64,000 nucleotides of DNA from Methanobacteriota archaeon (GCA_027064425.1 JAMOPO010000057.1:32001-96000), one strand, 5' to 3'. Positions 36,778 to 46,714 are shown, numbered from the stretch's first letter. Notes: a model not told the origin generated them from the letters alone. Program-made: numbers and translations.

Positions 36778-37863
36778 CTACGCGCTGGCGGTGCCGCCCA
36801 GCTGCTCGAGGATGTCCTCCTCGGAGGCCTTCGGCCGCACGCCCTGCTGCGACGTCCGGCTGATGTACAGGATCTCGGGCGCACCCTTCGGCGCGTTCTT
36901 CGGCGGCCGGACCGCGGGCCGCAGCCGGATCAGGCGCTTCTTCGGCCCGGGCACGGTACCGTGGATCAGGATGTAGTCCCCGCGCACGACGCCGTAGTTC
37001 ACGAAGCCGCCCTTCGGCGTGACCTCCTCACCGTTCTCACCGATCTTGAGGATCCGCTTGTTGTGCTCGGTCCGCTGGTGGTACCCCACCTGACCGGCCA
37101 TCGGGACCGTCCAGCGCACGCGCGAGGGCGTGATCGGACCGATCGAACCCACGTGCCGACCCTTCTGCTTCCGCTGGGCCTTCCGGTCCTGGATCGTGAC
37201 GCCCCAGCGCTTGACCACGCCCTGGAAGCCCTTGCCCTTCGTGATGCCGGAGACGTCGACCATCTCACCCTCCTCGAACACGTCACTGGCCCGGATCTCC
37301 TGGCCCAGGATCTCGGCCGCGTACTCGAACCGCTCCCGCACGTCCTTGCCGCCGATCCGGTACTCCATCACGTCCGGCTTCTTCTTCGGCACGCCGGCCT
37401 TCTTGGGCTGGGTCGCCACGATCACCCGGACCTCGTCCACGACGCCCTCGTCCACCAGCTCCTCGATCTTGTCCAGGTCGCCCGCCTCACCCTCCTTGGG
37501 CACCGTGAAGACGCGATCCATCTCCAGCTCCTCCGGGATCTCCGCCCACGCCTCCGTCAGGCACTTGTACCCGTCCGGCGTCGCCGCGTACACCCGGACG
37601 GCCGCCACGTACATGGGCGGCGCGTCGAGCACGGTGACCGGGACCGCGATCTCCTCGCCCTCCGTCGGGCTGTTCGGCCAGTCGTCGATCATGATCACGT
37701 GCGTCATTCCGGCCTTGTAGCCCGCGAACCCCTGCACTCGCACCTTGTCCTCGTCCGGCCAGCTCCTTATCCTCGGGACGGGCCTCGACGCGCGCTTACG
37801 CGGGCTGAACGCCAGCGAGCCGCGCCTTGGACGACCCGGGTTCCTGCGCCCACCGCGACCCAA
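36778..37863 (-). CDS. rpl3: 50S ribosomal protein L3
   Basis: PRRGSLAFSPRKRA, GYKAGMTH, TKGKGFQGVVKRWG; TTG start at 37863. Confidence 0.97.
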   Translation of the reverse strand: MGRGGRRNPGRPRRGSLAFSPRKRASRPVPRIRSWPDEDKVRVQGFAGYKAGMTHVIMIDDWPNSPTEGEEIAVPVTVLDAPPMYVAAVRVYAATPDGYKCLTEAWAEIPEELEMDRVFTVPKEGEAGDLDKIEELVDEGVVDEVRVIVATQPKKAGVPKKKPDVMEYRIGGKDVRERFEYAAEILGQEIRASDVFEEGEMVDVSGITKGKGFQGVVKRWGVTIQDRKAQRKQKGRHVGSIGPITPSRVRWTVPMAGQVGYHQRTEHNKRILKIGENGEEVTPKGGFVNYGVVRGDYILIHGTVPGPKKRLIRLRPAVRPPKNAPKGAPEILYISRTSQQGVRPKASEEDILEQLGGTASA

Positions 37864-37938
37864 CGCGCGCACCCCCAGTCTTGGGCACGGCCCGCCCGGA
37901 CGGGGGTATAAAGATTGACCGTACCGGAGGGCGAAGGG

Positions 37939-38745
37939 GTGCACCGCGAGCTCTTCGAGCGGAAGAGCCCGGAGGCGATCCTCGAGGACCTGCTGGACTT
38001 CGCCGAGCGCGTCCAGACCGCCTACAAGCGGGTGAACCCGCCCAAGCTCGGGGAGCGGCTGCGCGGGGTCAGCCTGCAGGACCTCATCCGGGAGTTCTTC
38101 GAGCAGCTGAGCCCGGACGTGCTCCGAGACGCCCTTGGGGTCGAGGACGGCGAGGTAAGGAGTTATCGGGACCTCGACGCGATCCTGCGCGCGCTCGAGG
38201 ACGAGCTGGAGGAGCGTCGGGAGGACCTGAGGAGGGTCCGGCACGCGCTGGGCAAGTACCTGTTCTCCCGCACCTACGTCCTGGGGTGGCTGGCCGTCCG
38301 GGTCACGGGGAAGGAGCGGAGGAGCGACTGGCTGATGGGGCTGGTCAGCCGGCTGGTGGAGACGGAGCTGCTGGCGGAGGAGGCCGCGCTCATCGCCTCC
38401 GTCGTCGACGCCGAGGACGTCCGGGAGTGGGCGGAGGAGTACCTCGGGGAGTTGGAGCTCGGCGCGATGTTGGAGGGGGCGGAGCCCGAGGAGGAGGCTG
38501 AGGCGCCGGAGGAGTCCGGGGAGGAGGAGCTAACCTTCGGCGAGGACCGGCTGGAGCCGGAGCCCAAGCTGGAGGTGTGCGTGGTGAGGGGGCGGCTGCC
38601 GCGGTTCGTGGACCCGGACACTGGGGCTGTGGTCCCGGACGCTCGGGCGGGAGATTTATTGGTGGTAGGGGGGACCGCGGCCAGGATACTCTCGGAGCGC
38701 GGAAGGCGGTGGGGTGGACCGTTCGCCAGGATGGTGCGCAGGTAG
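37939..38745 (+). CDS. Divergent GINS subunit (Gins15/Gins51-like)
   Basis: Helical N domain, acidic linker, C-terminal B-domain-like [12 protein letters not shown]...GDLLVV...ARILSERG; immediately upstream of rpl44e; TATA GTATAAAG at 37906. Confidence 0.6.
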   Translation: MHRELFERKSPEAILEDLLDFAERVQTAYKRVNPPKLGERLRGVSLQDLIREFFEQLSPDVLRDALGVEDGEVRSYRDLDAILRALEDELEERREDLRRVRHALGKYLFSRTYVLGWLAVRVTGKERRSDWLMGLVSRLVETELLAEEAALIASVVDAEDVREWAEEYLGELELGAMLEGAEPEEEAEAPEESGEEELTFGEDRLEPEPKLEVCVVRGRLPRFVDPDTGAVVPDARAGDLLVVGGTAARILSERGRRWGGPFARMVRR

Positions 38746-38758
38746 GGGGTTTGGCGGC

Positions 38759-39040
38759 ATGGTCAAGCTGCCGAGGAAGATCCGGACGTACTGCCCGTAC
38801 TGTCGGAAGCACACGGTTCACGAGATCGAGAAGGCGGAGAAGAACCCGCCGCGGAAGATGTCCTGGGGTCAGCGGCAGTTCGAGCGGGTGCTGAAGGGTT
38901 ACGGTGGCTTCCCGCGCCCGAAGCCGTCCGGGGAGAAACCCACTAAGAAGGTCGACCTACGGTACCGATGCACGGAGTGCGGTAAGGCTCACACGCGGAA
39001 GGGCTGGCGGGCCGGCACGCTGGAGTTCGAGGAGGAGTAA
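38759..39040 (+). CDS. rpl44e: 50S ribosomal protein L44e (eL42)
   Basis: [31 protein letters not shown]. Confidence 0.96.
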   Translation: MVKLPRKIRTYCPYCRKHTVHEIEKAEKNPPRKMSWGQRQFERVLKGYGGFPRPKPSGEKPTKKVDLRYRCTECGKAHTRKGWRAGTLEFEEE

Positions 39041-39057
39041 GCCGGGGGTGAGGCTCC

Positions 39058-39291
39058 TTGGCCGAGGAGCGTGAGGAGGAGCGCCTGCTGAGGCGGTTTA
39101 CGGAGTCGGATCTGGTTCCGCAGCCGCGGAGCCGGTTCCTGAGGGTGGAGTGCGTGGACTGTGGGAACGAGCAGGTGATCTTCGGAAACGCGAGCACGGT
39201 CGTTCGCTGCCACATCTGCGGCCGGGTGCTGGCGAAGCCGACGGGCGGTAAGGCGAAGGTGCTGACGAAGATTAAGGAGGTCCTCGAGTAA
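39058..39291 (+). CDS. rps27e: 30S ribosomal protein S27e
   Basis: [28 protein letters not shown]. Confidence 0.96.
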   Translation: MAEEREEERLLRRFTESDLVPQPRSRFLRVECVDCGNEQVIFGNASTVVRCHICGRVLAKPTGGKAKVLTKIKEVLE

Positions 39292-40094
39292 TGCCTCGCA
39301 AGCTCTCGGAGCTGCCCGAGGAAGGCGAGGTTGTGATGGCCACGGTGGAGCGGGTGGAGGATCACGGCGCCTTTGTCACGCTGGACGAGTACCCGGAGGT
39401 CGAGGGCTACATCCACATCTCGGAGGTGGCGAGCGGCTGGGTCAAGAACATCCGGGACCACGTGAAGGAGGGACAGAAGGTCGTCGCCAAGGTGATCAAG
39501 GTTAACCCGAAGAAAAAGTACGTGAACCTGTCCCTGCGGCGGGTCACGGACCACCAGCGGAAGGAGAAGCTCAAGGAGTGGAAGCGGGAGCAGCGGGCGG
39601 AGAAGCTGCTGGAGATGGCGGCGGAGGAGCTCGGTAAGGACCTGGACGAGGCGTACGAGGAGGCCGGGTACAAGCTGATCGAGGAGTACGGCTCGCTGTA
39701 CGACGCGCTGGAGCGGGCGGCCTCGAACCAGAGCCCGGAGCCGCTGCTGGAGGCGGGCATCCCCAAGGAGTGGGCGGAGAAGCTGGCGGAGCTGGCGATC
39801 GAGAACATTGAGCCGGGTCGCGTGAAGATCGAGGCCTACGTGGACCTGAGCTGCCCGGCGCCGAACGGTGTGGAGATCATTAAGGAGGCGCTGCGGCGCA
39901 TCGAGGAGTACGACGAGGATGACGTGAAGATGGAGGTGCAGTACGTCGGCGCGCCGAGGTACCGGATCCGGGTGGACGCGCCGGACTACAAGACGGCGGA
40001 GAAGGCGGTCCGGAAGGCCGCGGAGGAGGCGATCGAGTACGTGGAGGAGCACGGTGGCGAGGGCGAGTTCCATCGAGAGCTGGAAGAGGGGTGA
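39291..40094 (+). CDS. eif2a: Translation initiation factor aIF-2 alpha
   Basis: S1 domain HISEVASGWVKNIRD, LSLRRV, GAPRYRI. Confidence 0.96.
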   Translation: MPRKLSELPEEGEVVMATVERVEDHGAFVTLDEYPEVEGYIHISEVASGWVKNIRDHVKEGQKVVAKVIKVNPKKKYVNLSLRRVTDHQRKEKLKEWKREQRAEKLLEMAAEELGKDLDEAYEEAGYKLIEEYGSLYDALERAASNQSPEPLLEAGIPKEWAEKLAELAIENIEPGRVKIEAYVDLSCPAPNGVEIIKEALRRIEEYDEDDVKMEVQYVGAPRYRIRVDAPDYKTAEKAVRKAAEEAIEYVEEHGGEGEFHRELEEG

Positions 40095-40098
40095 ACTC

Positions 40099-40302
40099 GT
40101 GCCTAAGCGCCTCCGCAGGTGCAAAGAGTGCGGGGAGTACACCCTACAGCGGGACAAGTGCCCGCACTGCGGCGGAGAGGTGGAGGTGCCTCATCCCCAC
40201 CGATTCTCGCCGGAGGATCCGTACGGCAAGTACCGGAGGAGATTAAAAAAGAAGATCTGGATCGAGAAGTTCGGGCCTCCCCCGGAGGGGGAGGGGGACT
40301 GA
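40099..40302 (+). CDS. nop10: H/ACA RNP protein Nop10
   Basis: RRCKECGEYTL..KCPHCGG...PHP.RFSPEDPYGKYRR. Confidence 0.94.
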   Translation: MPKRLRRCKECGEYTLQRDKCPHCGGEVEVPHPHRFSPEDPYGKYRRRLKKKIWIEKFGPPPEGEGD

Positions 40303-40304
40303 CG

Positions 40305-41129
40305 ATGGACCTCCTAAAGCTCGCTCGCGGGAGCACCGTCATTCGGCTCGAGTTCGAACCGGACGTGGAGAAACCCGTGTTCGTGGAGGGCCTGCCCGGC
40401 ATCGGTCACGTCGGCAAGCTCGCCGCCGAGGCCATGATCGAGGACCTCGGGGCGGAGAAGTTCGGCGAGCTCTACTCCCCCTACTTCCCGCCCCAGGTCT
40501 CCGTGAACAAGGACGGGATCGTGGAGGTGATGAAGAACGAGTTCTACGTGTACGAGTCGGACAGCTCGGACGAGCCGGACATCATCTTCCTCGTCGGCAA
40601 GGCGCAGGTGCAGGGCGAGCTCGGCCAGCACGAGGTGGCCATCAAGGTGCTCCAGACCGTTAAGGAGTTCGGAACAGAAACCATCTTCACGCTCGGCGGG
40701 CTGGGCACCGGCACCTTCCCGTCCGAGCCCAAGGTGGTCGGGGCGGCCACGCACAAGGAGATGATCGACCTCCTTAAGGAGCACGGGGTGGAGATCCGCA
40801 CCGGAGACAGCGGAGGGAACATCGTCGGCGCCTCGGGACTCCTTCTCGGCTTCGGCAAGGTCATGGGAATGCGCGGTGCCTGCCTGATGGGCGTGACGCC
40901 CGGTCACCTGATCGACCCGCGCGCGGCCATGGCGGTCGTGGAGAAGCTGTCCGAGATCCTGGGCGTTGAGGTCGAGGCGGAGTCCCTGAGGAAGCGCGCG
41001 GAGAAGTTCGAGCGCGAGGTCTCGCAGCAGCTCGAAGAGATGCCCTCGATGGAGGAGATGCAGCAGCAGGTCCAGCAGCAGGAGGTGGAGGAGGGCAAGC
41101 CGGAGGAGGACCTGCGGTACATCGGGTGA
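40305..41129 (+). CDS. PAC2-family proteasome assembly chaperone
   Basis: EGLPGIGHVGKLAA, FPPQV, TLGG, IVGASGLLLG, DPRAA. Confidence 0.9.
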   Translation: MDLLKLARGSTVIRLEFEPDVEKPVFVEGLPGIGHVGKLAAEAMIEDLGAEKFGELYSPYFPPQVSVNKDGIVEVMKNEFYVYESDSSDEPDIIFLVGKAQVQGELGQHEVAIKVLQTVKEFGTETIFTLGGLGTGTFPSEPKVVGAATHKEMIDLLKEHGVEIRTGDSGGNIVGASGLLLGFGKVMGMRGACLMGVTPGHLIDPRAAMAVVEKLSEILGVEVEAESLRKRAEKFEREVSQQLEEMPSMEEMQQQVQQQEVEEGKPEEDLRYIG

Positions 41130-42016
41130 GGTCATTGGCCCGCACGATCCACCGCGCTCTTTTTTCCGCGATCGCGCCCCTGCTCCTGTCCCTGCTGCCC
41201 TTCTTCTGGATCCCACACCTGGCCTTCCTCCTCGCCGCGCTGGGCATCTGCGCGGAACGGTACGGAGTCCCGGCCACGTCCATGGTCTCCGGCATCGTGG
41301 CGCTGGCGCTGATTTTCGGGCAGCCCTACCTGGCCGCCCTCGCCGCCGTCATCGGCGAGCTAACCATCGCGGAGGCGCTTAGACGCAAGCTCTCGGACGA
41401 CCCGGTGGCCTCGACCCTGCACTCCGCCGTCGGGGGCGCGGCGGCCGCGGTACTCGTCGGCCAGGCGATGGGTGGAACGCTCCACGCCATCATCTTCGGC
41501 CTCACGATCTTCGCGGCGTTCATCCGGCCCCCGCTGGCCCCGAAGCTCTACGAGCGTCGGGAGCGGTACGACCCCTGGAACTCGATCGTCCTGGCCGCCC
41601 TGATGCTGTTCGGGCTCGTTCCCCTGGTCGGGATCGGCAACGCCTGCCTGGCCTTCCTCGTCGCGAAGGGGGTCGACGGCTCCGGCGGTCTCGCTCAGTT
41701 CATCCCGCGCTCCGTGAACCCGGTGGTCTCGCTCGAGGGGCTCAAGGTCCGCCGGGTGGAGGAGGGCATCAGCCCGATCGGCACGCTCTTCGAGTTCCTG
41801 ACCGCGCTGGGCCTGGGCCTCCTCATCACGGGCTCCTGGAAGGGCGGTCTCGCGATGGGGGCGACGGTCACGATCGCCGACGTCGTGTCCAACGTAACCG
41901 GAGTTGAGAAGTACCACAAAGGGGACGACCTGCTCATGACCCTCGCCGCCGCCTGGACGATCCACACGTTCGGCACCCACGGGCTGCTCACGATCACCCG
42001 GCACCTGCAGGGGTGA
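41126..42016 (+). CDS. Polytopic membrane protein, possibly divergent DUF92/TMEM19-like
   Basis: About 8-9 hydrophobic segments; loop ...KVRRVEEGISPIGTL resembles the DUF92 GxVSxxGT motif. Confidence 0.55.
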   Translation: MRSLARTIHRALFSAIAPLLLSLLPFFWIPHLAFLLAALGICAERYGVPATSMVSGIVALALIFGQPYLAALAAVIGELTIAEALRRKLSDDPVASTLHSAVGGAAAAVLVGQAMGGTLHAIIFGLTIFAAFIRPPLAPKLYERRERYDPWNSIVLAALMLFGLVPLVGIGNACLAFLVAKGVDGSGGLAQFIPRSVNPVVSLEGLKVRRVEEGISPIGTLFEFLTALGLGLLITGSWKGGLAMGATVTIADVVSNVTGVEKYHKGDDLLMTLAAAWTIHTFGTHGLLTITRHLQG

Positions 42017-42022
42017 GGCGGC

Positions 42023-42508
42023 GTGGGCTGGCGCTACCCGACCGCCGCCGTCGCCATCTCCCTCTTCATGTACTCCGGGGTCGACACGGAGCCGCTGCAG
42101 TACTGCACGGCCCAGTGGGTGGAGTCGCTCCTCCGCGCGCTGGGGGTCAACCTCCCCAAGACCGGGTACACCTTCCAGGTTGGCAAGGTCAACGCCGTGA
42201 TCGTTAAGGGCTGCGTGGTGTGGCCCGCGATCTCCATCTTCATCGGCCTGATCCTCGCCACCCCGGGCCCCTCGCTGGCCCGGAAGCTCCTGGCCGTGGC
42301 CGTCTCGACCGCGGTCATGACCGCCGGGAACGTCCTCCGGCTCGCCTTCATGTTCTACATGATGGAGGTCTGGGGCGTCGGGTTCACGCTCGCCCACGAC
42401 GTCGTCGGCCAGCTGATCGGCCTCCTGATCATCGTGCTCGCCGGCTGGGCCGCCTTCGAGATCGTCCCAGAAACTGAAGAGAAGCTGCGCGAGCTGATCC
42501 CCGTCTAG
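42023..42508 (+). CDS. Archaeosortase/exosortase family protein
   Basis: VIVKGC (Cys), GNVLR (Arg), AHD (His) putative triad within TM helices. Confidence 0.8.
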   Translation: MGWRYPTAAVAISLFMYSGVDTEPLQYCTAQWVESLLRALGVNLPKTGYTFQVGKVNAVIVKGCVVWPAISIFIGLILATPGPSLARKLLAVAVSTAVMTAGNVLRLAFMFYMMEVWGVGFTLAHDVVGQLIGLLIIVLAGWAAFEIVPETEEKLRELIPV

Positions 42509-42518
42509 GGGGAGCAAG

Positions 42519-43769
42519 GTGCGGACTTACGATGCCGACTTCCACCTCCACTCCAAGTACTCCGGCGGCACCTCCCCGAAGATGGTCGTGAAGGAGATCG
42601 CCCGGGGAGCGGTGAGGAAGGGGCTGGACATCGTCGGGACCGGGGACATCCTGCACCCCCGGTGGCGCAAGCACGTGCGCCGCGAGCTGGAGGAGGACGA
42701 GCACGGCCTGCTCCGCGAGCCGCGCACCGGCGTCCTGTTCGTTCCCACGGTCGAGATCGAGGACCGGAACCGGGTTCACCACCTCGTGATCCTGCCCTCG
42801 CTGGACGAGGCCGAGGACCTGTACGAGGACCTCGAGCCTCACTCGCCGGACATCACCGAGGAGGGTAGGCCGCGGGTCGACCTGTCCGGGGCCGAGCTGA
42901 TCGACCTGCTGAAGGAGCGGGAGTGCCTGGTGGGGCCGGCGCACGCGTTCGTCCCCTGGACCAGCGTGTTCAAGGAGTACGACTCCCTCTCCGAGTGCTA
43001 CGGCGACGCCGTGGACAGGGTGGATTTCGTGGAGCTGGGCCTCTCCGCGGACTCCAGCTACGCGGACCGGATCTCGGAGCTGCACGACTACACGTTCCTC
43101 ACGTGCTCGGACGCACACTCACCCTACCCGCACCGGCTCGGGCGGGAGTTCGTCCGGCTGGAGCTGGAGGAGCCCTCCTACGACGCGATCAAGGCGGCGA
43201 TGCACCGGAAGCCGGGCGGCCGCGTGGTCCTGAACGTGGGCCTGGTCCCGGAGCTGGGCAAGTACAACCGGACGGCGTGCGCCCGGTGCAAGCGGCAGTT
43301 CGAGCTGGAGGAGGCCGAGCGGCTGAACTGGCGCTGCCCCGAGTGCGGCGGCCAGATCAAGAAGGGCGTCCGGGACCGGGTGCTGGAGCTGGCGGACCTG
43401 GAGGAGCCGGAGCACCCGGACCACCGGCCACCGTACCTGCGGATCGTCCCGCTGTCGGAGCTGATCGCCAAGGCGCTCGGGATCTCGACCGTCACGGCGA
43501 AGAAGGTGAACGCCGTGTGGAGCGCGCTCGTCCGGCGGTTCGGGAGCGAGATCGACGTCCTGGTTGAGGCGCCGCCGGAGGAGGTGGCGGAGGTGGACGA
43601 GCGGGTCGCGGAGCTGCTGAAGGCCTTCCGGGAGGGGTCCGTCAGCATCCGGCCCGGCGGAGGTGGGAGGTACGGCGAGATCGTCACGGGAGAGGAGGGT
43701 GAAGAGGAGGGCGAGTCGGAGGACGGCAGGGTGGTCCAGCGGACGCTGGATGACGTCCTCCGGGGGTAG
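42519..43769 (+). CDS. TIGR00375 PHP-family protein (endonuclease Q-like)
   Basis: DFHLHSKYS, GTGD, GPAHAF.PW, ELGLSAD, SDAHS, GKY..TAC..C, CPECG, GGGRYG. Confidence 0.88.
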   Translation: MRTYDADFHLHSKYSGGTSPKMVVKEIARGAVRKGLDIVGTGDILHPRWRKHVRRELEEDEHGLLREPRTGVLFVPTVEIEDRNRVHHLVILPSLDEAEDLYEDLEPHSPDITEEGRPRVDLSGAELIDLLKERECLVGPAHAFVPWTSVFKEYDSLSECYGDAVDRVDFVELGLSADSSYADRISELHDYTFLTCSDAHSPYPHRLGREFVRLELEEPSYDAIKAAMHRKPGGRVVLNVGLVPELGKYNRTACARCKRQFELEEAERLNWRCPECGGQIKKGVRDRVLELADLEEPEHPDHRPPYLRIVPLSELIAKALGISTVTAKKVNAVWSALVRRFGSEIDVLVEAPPEEVAEVDERVAELLKAFREGSVSIRPGGGGRYGEIVTGEEGEEEGESEDGRVVQRTLDDVLRG

Positions 43770-43773
43770 CCTC

Positions 43774-45252
43774 GTGCCCCTGATCCGCCGCAGGCGCCTC
43801 CGTCGGTTCTTGGAGCGGATCGAGGTGCGGGTCGGGATAGAGGAGGAGCTGTTCCTGATCAACCGCCGCGGCTCGCTCGCGCAGGCGGCCGACGACGTGA
43901 TGGTGGAGGCGGCCGACCTCCTGGAGTCGGACTCCTCCCTGCTCGACGCGTGCTGGGAGTACATCCTGGGTCTGGACCCGGAGCCCAACCGCGCCCAGAT
44001 CGAGTACATCACCCAGCCCGTCCCGCCCGACGAGGTCCGAGACGCCTGCGAGACCGGGCGGGAGCTCATCCGCAAGGCGGCGAGTAAGCTCGGCCTGCTC
44101 GTCATGCTGGAGAGCATGCACCCGGTCGAGAGCGACCCGCTCCCCATCAACGGGACGCACGTGAACGTGGCCATCCGGCTCAAGGACAAGCCGTACATGA
44201 CGCCCTCCCAGGTCTGCGCGGTCTACAACTACCTCTGGTACCACCTGCCCACGATCATCGCGGCCACGGCCAACTCGCCCTACTGCTGCGGTGGGAAGAA
44301 CCTCGCCGCCAGCTGCCGGCTGCTGAAGAGCCGCGTGCTCAAGCCCAACCGGCACGCGAAGCTGAAGCGTCCTCCCAAGAGGCCCACCCTGACTCAGACG
44401 CAGTACTACGGTCGGCTCCGGTACAAGCTCCGGCTCCGTAAGGACACGGAGTTCGAGGAGCGGGTGGTGGCGCACCCTAACGGCAAGCGGCTGGTGGACA
44501 TCACCCCGCGCGGCCCGGCCTCGAACGTGACGGGGGACGAGAACGAGAGTCCCGACCGGAACCGGGTGGAGGTGCGCGCGATCGATAACCAGAAGTCCCT
44601 GGACTACCTGCACGACGTGGTCCTGCTGATCGTGGGGCTGAGCATTCACGGGTTTTATCTCCACGAGAAGGAGGGTCGGACGGACTACCCGGACAAGAAC
44701 CACCGCAAGAACCGGGAGCTGGCGATACGGGCCGGAATCGAGGCCGAGTTCGTGCAGGACGGCCGCGTCGTCAAGGCCCGCGAGGCCCTGCTGGAGCTGG
44801 TGGGCCTCGTGGAGGACATCGTCGACGAGTTCGGGCTGTCCTTCCGGTCCCAGCTGCGCAACGGGAAGGCCGAGATCGAGAGTCGCCCGGCCCTGCGCGT
44901 GGAGCGACAGTTCGAGGAGCTGGCGAGGTACGAGGGGAAGGAGGTCGTCGTCCAGCTGGGCTCGGACCGCGTCATCGAGATCGGTGGGAAGCGGGTCCGA
45001 ATCCCCGAGGGCACGCGGCTGGTGGGGAAGCTGACCAGAGTCGCGGATTACGAGTACCGCCGGGATAAACTGGGCCTCGTCAAGCACATAGTGAAGGCGA
45101 AGATCACCGCCGGTGTCGACCGGCCGGTGGTCGTGGTCGAGCGGGAGGGCGTCGTGGGCCGGCTACCGCGGGGTGTTAGGGTGCCGCTCAAAGAGGGTGA
45201 CCGGATCGTCCAGCTCGAGTACGTGAGCCGGGGGATCCCGGGTCGGTGGTGA
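43774..45252 (+). CDS. Glutamate-cysteine ligase family 2 (YbdK/GCS2-like) carboxylate-amine ligase with C-terminal beta-rich extension
   Basis: VGIEEELFLIN, QIEYIT, NGTHVNV, ATANSPY, RVEVRAID, NR.LAIR.G. Confidence 0.75.
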   Translation: MPLIRRRRLRRFLERIEVRVGIEEELFLINRRGSLAQAADDVMVEAADLLESDSSLLDACWEYILGLDPEPNRAQIEYITQPVPPDEVRDACETGRELIRKAASKLGLLVMLESMHPVESDPLPINGTHVNVAIRLKDKPYMTPSQVCAVYNYLWYHLPTIIAATANSPYCCGGKNLAASCRLLKSRVLKPNRHAKLKRPPKRPTLTQTQYYGRLRYKLRLRKDTEFEERVVAHPNGKRLVDITPRGPASNVTGDENESPDRNRVEVRAIDNQKSLDYLHDVVLLIVGLSIHGFYLHEKEGRTDYPDKNHRKNRELAIRAGIEAEFVQDGRVVKAREALLELVGLVEDIVDEFGLSFRSQLRNGKAEIESRPALRVERQFEELARYEGKEVVVQLGSDRVIEIGGKRVRIPEGTRLVGKLTRVADYEYRRDKLGLVKHIVKAKITAGVDRPVVVVEREGVVGRLPRGVRVPLKEGDRIVQLEYVSRGIPGRW

Positions 45253-45974
45253 TCGACGTTCACAACCACCTCGGGGAGGACGTGGACGGTACCGTCCAGA
45301 CCGTGGAGATGCTGCTCGCCAAGATACGGGTCAGCGGGATCGACCGGGCGGTCGTTTTCCCCTTCAACGACGTGGACCCGGGTGTGTGCTTCTCCAAGGC
45401 GAACGACCGGATCGCGCAGGCCTGCTCGGAGCACGAGGAGCTGATCGGGTTCTGCCGGGTGGACCCGAACTGCGAGGAGGTGGCGGTGGAGGAGGTCGAG
45501 CGGTGCGTGCGCGAGCTGGGGCTGAGGGGGGTCAAGCTGCACCCGCGCAGCCAGTCCTTCTACCCGGACGATCCCGAGGCAGTGAGAGTGGTGGAGAAGG
45601 CGGCCGACCTGGGCGTCCCGGTGATCATTCACACGGCTCGGGGGGAGCCCTTCTCGGACCCCGTCCGGGTGGGGCGGCTGGCGGAGGAGGTCCCGGACAC
45701 GCCCATCGTGATGGCGCACATGGGGAAGGAGCTGGGGTACGACGCGGCGATCAAGGTCGCGGAGGAGCACGAGAACGCGTACCTCGAGATCTCGCTGGTC
45801 AAGGACCCGAAGGTCATCGAGCGGGCGGCGGAGGTGGTGGGTGACGAGCGCATCCTCTTCGGCTCGGACTCGCCCTACGGCAGCCCCGCCGCGCAGCTGG
45901 AGGTGGTAAAGAAGGCCGACGTCGACCACGATAAGATCCTGGAGAAGAACGCGAAGAAGCTGCTGGGGCTCTAG
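45246..45974 (+). CDS. Amidohydrolase_2 family metal-dependent hydrolase
   Basis: IDVHNH, GVKLHP, IIHT, MAHMG, LFGSDSP. Confidence 0.88.
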   Translation: MVIDVHNHLGEDVDGTVQTVEMLLAKIRVSGIDRAVVFPFNDVDPGVCFSKANDRIAQACSEHEELIGFCRVDPNCEEVAVEEVERCVRELGLRGVKLHPRSQSFYPDDPEAVRVVEKAADLGVPVIIHTARGEPFSDPVRVGRLAEEVPDTPIVMAHMGKELGYDAAIKVAEEHENAYLEISLVKDPKVIERAAEVVGDERILFGSDSPYGSPAAQLEVVKKADVDHDKILEKNAKKLLGL

Positions 45975-45976
45975 GC

Positions 45977-46711
45977 TTGCCGCTGAGAAGCCGCGCCGTG
46001 GAGCTGATTCTCCGGGAGGGAATCTCGGACGTTCGGGAGCTCTCCGAGCGGCTCGATGTCCCGCCGGAGGAGCTCGAGCGCATCCTGGCGGGCGTCCCTG
46101 GCCTGTCGATTGGTGACGGTGAGGTGCGCCCGGAGGTGAGGCTGCGCGGCTACGTGGAGGTGCGAGGAACGCGCCCGATCCTCCTTACGGCCCCGCACGC
46201 GCAGGGACCCGGGGCGGACGTCTTCACCGGCGAGATCGCGTGGTGGGTGGCGCAGATCTCCGGATGCTACGCGCTCATAGGAACGGTCAGCCGGAAGTCG
46301 CGCCTGCCCGGGGAGGACCGCCCGGCGGACTACAACCGAGAGTGGGCCCGGGACACGCCCTTCCGGCGCCGGATCTCGGAGCTGATCGAGGAGCACGGGA
46401 TCCGCTTCATCGTGGACCTGCACGGGATGGAGTCCGACCCGGTCCGGCCGGAGATCGACGTCGGGGCACTGGGCGGGGAGGCCGCTCAGGGCGAGCTCGT
46501 CTCGAAGATCGTGGAGCGGCTGGAGGAGTGCGGGTTCGACGTGGGGTTCGAGCAGGAGTTCTGCGGCGGGGACATCCTGGAGTACCACTGCGACGGCGAG
46601 CGGGTGCAGGGGATTCAGCTGGAGCTGTCGGACGAGCTGCGGGAGTTAGACGAATATAGAGGGATCCTGGCCGTGCTGGTGGTCGTTAACACGTTACTGG
46701 GGGAGTTGTGA
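45977..46711 (+). CDS. N-terminal HTH + N-formylglutamate amidohydrolase-like domain
   Basis: DVRELSERLDVPPEELERIL HTH; LLTAPH, SR..., DYNR, VDLHG, IQLELS. Confidence 0.7.
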   Translation: MPLRSRAVELILREGISDVRELSERLDVPPEELERILAGVPGLSIGDGEVRPEVRLRGYVEVRGTRPILLTAPHAQGPGADVFTGEIAWWVAQISGCYALIGTVSRKSRLPGEDRPADYNREWARDTPFRRRISELIEEHGIRFIVDLHGMESDPVRPEIDVGALGGEAAQGELVSKIVERLEECGFDVGFEQEFCGGDILEYHCDGERVQGIQLELSDELRELDEYRGILAVLVVVNTLLGEL

Positions 46712-46714
46712 TAC

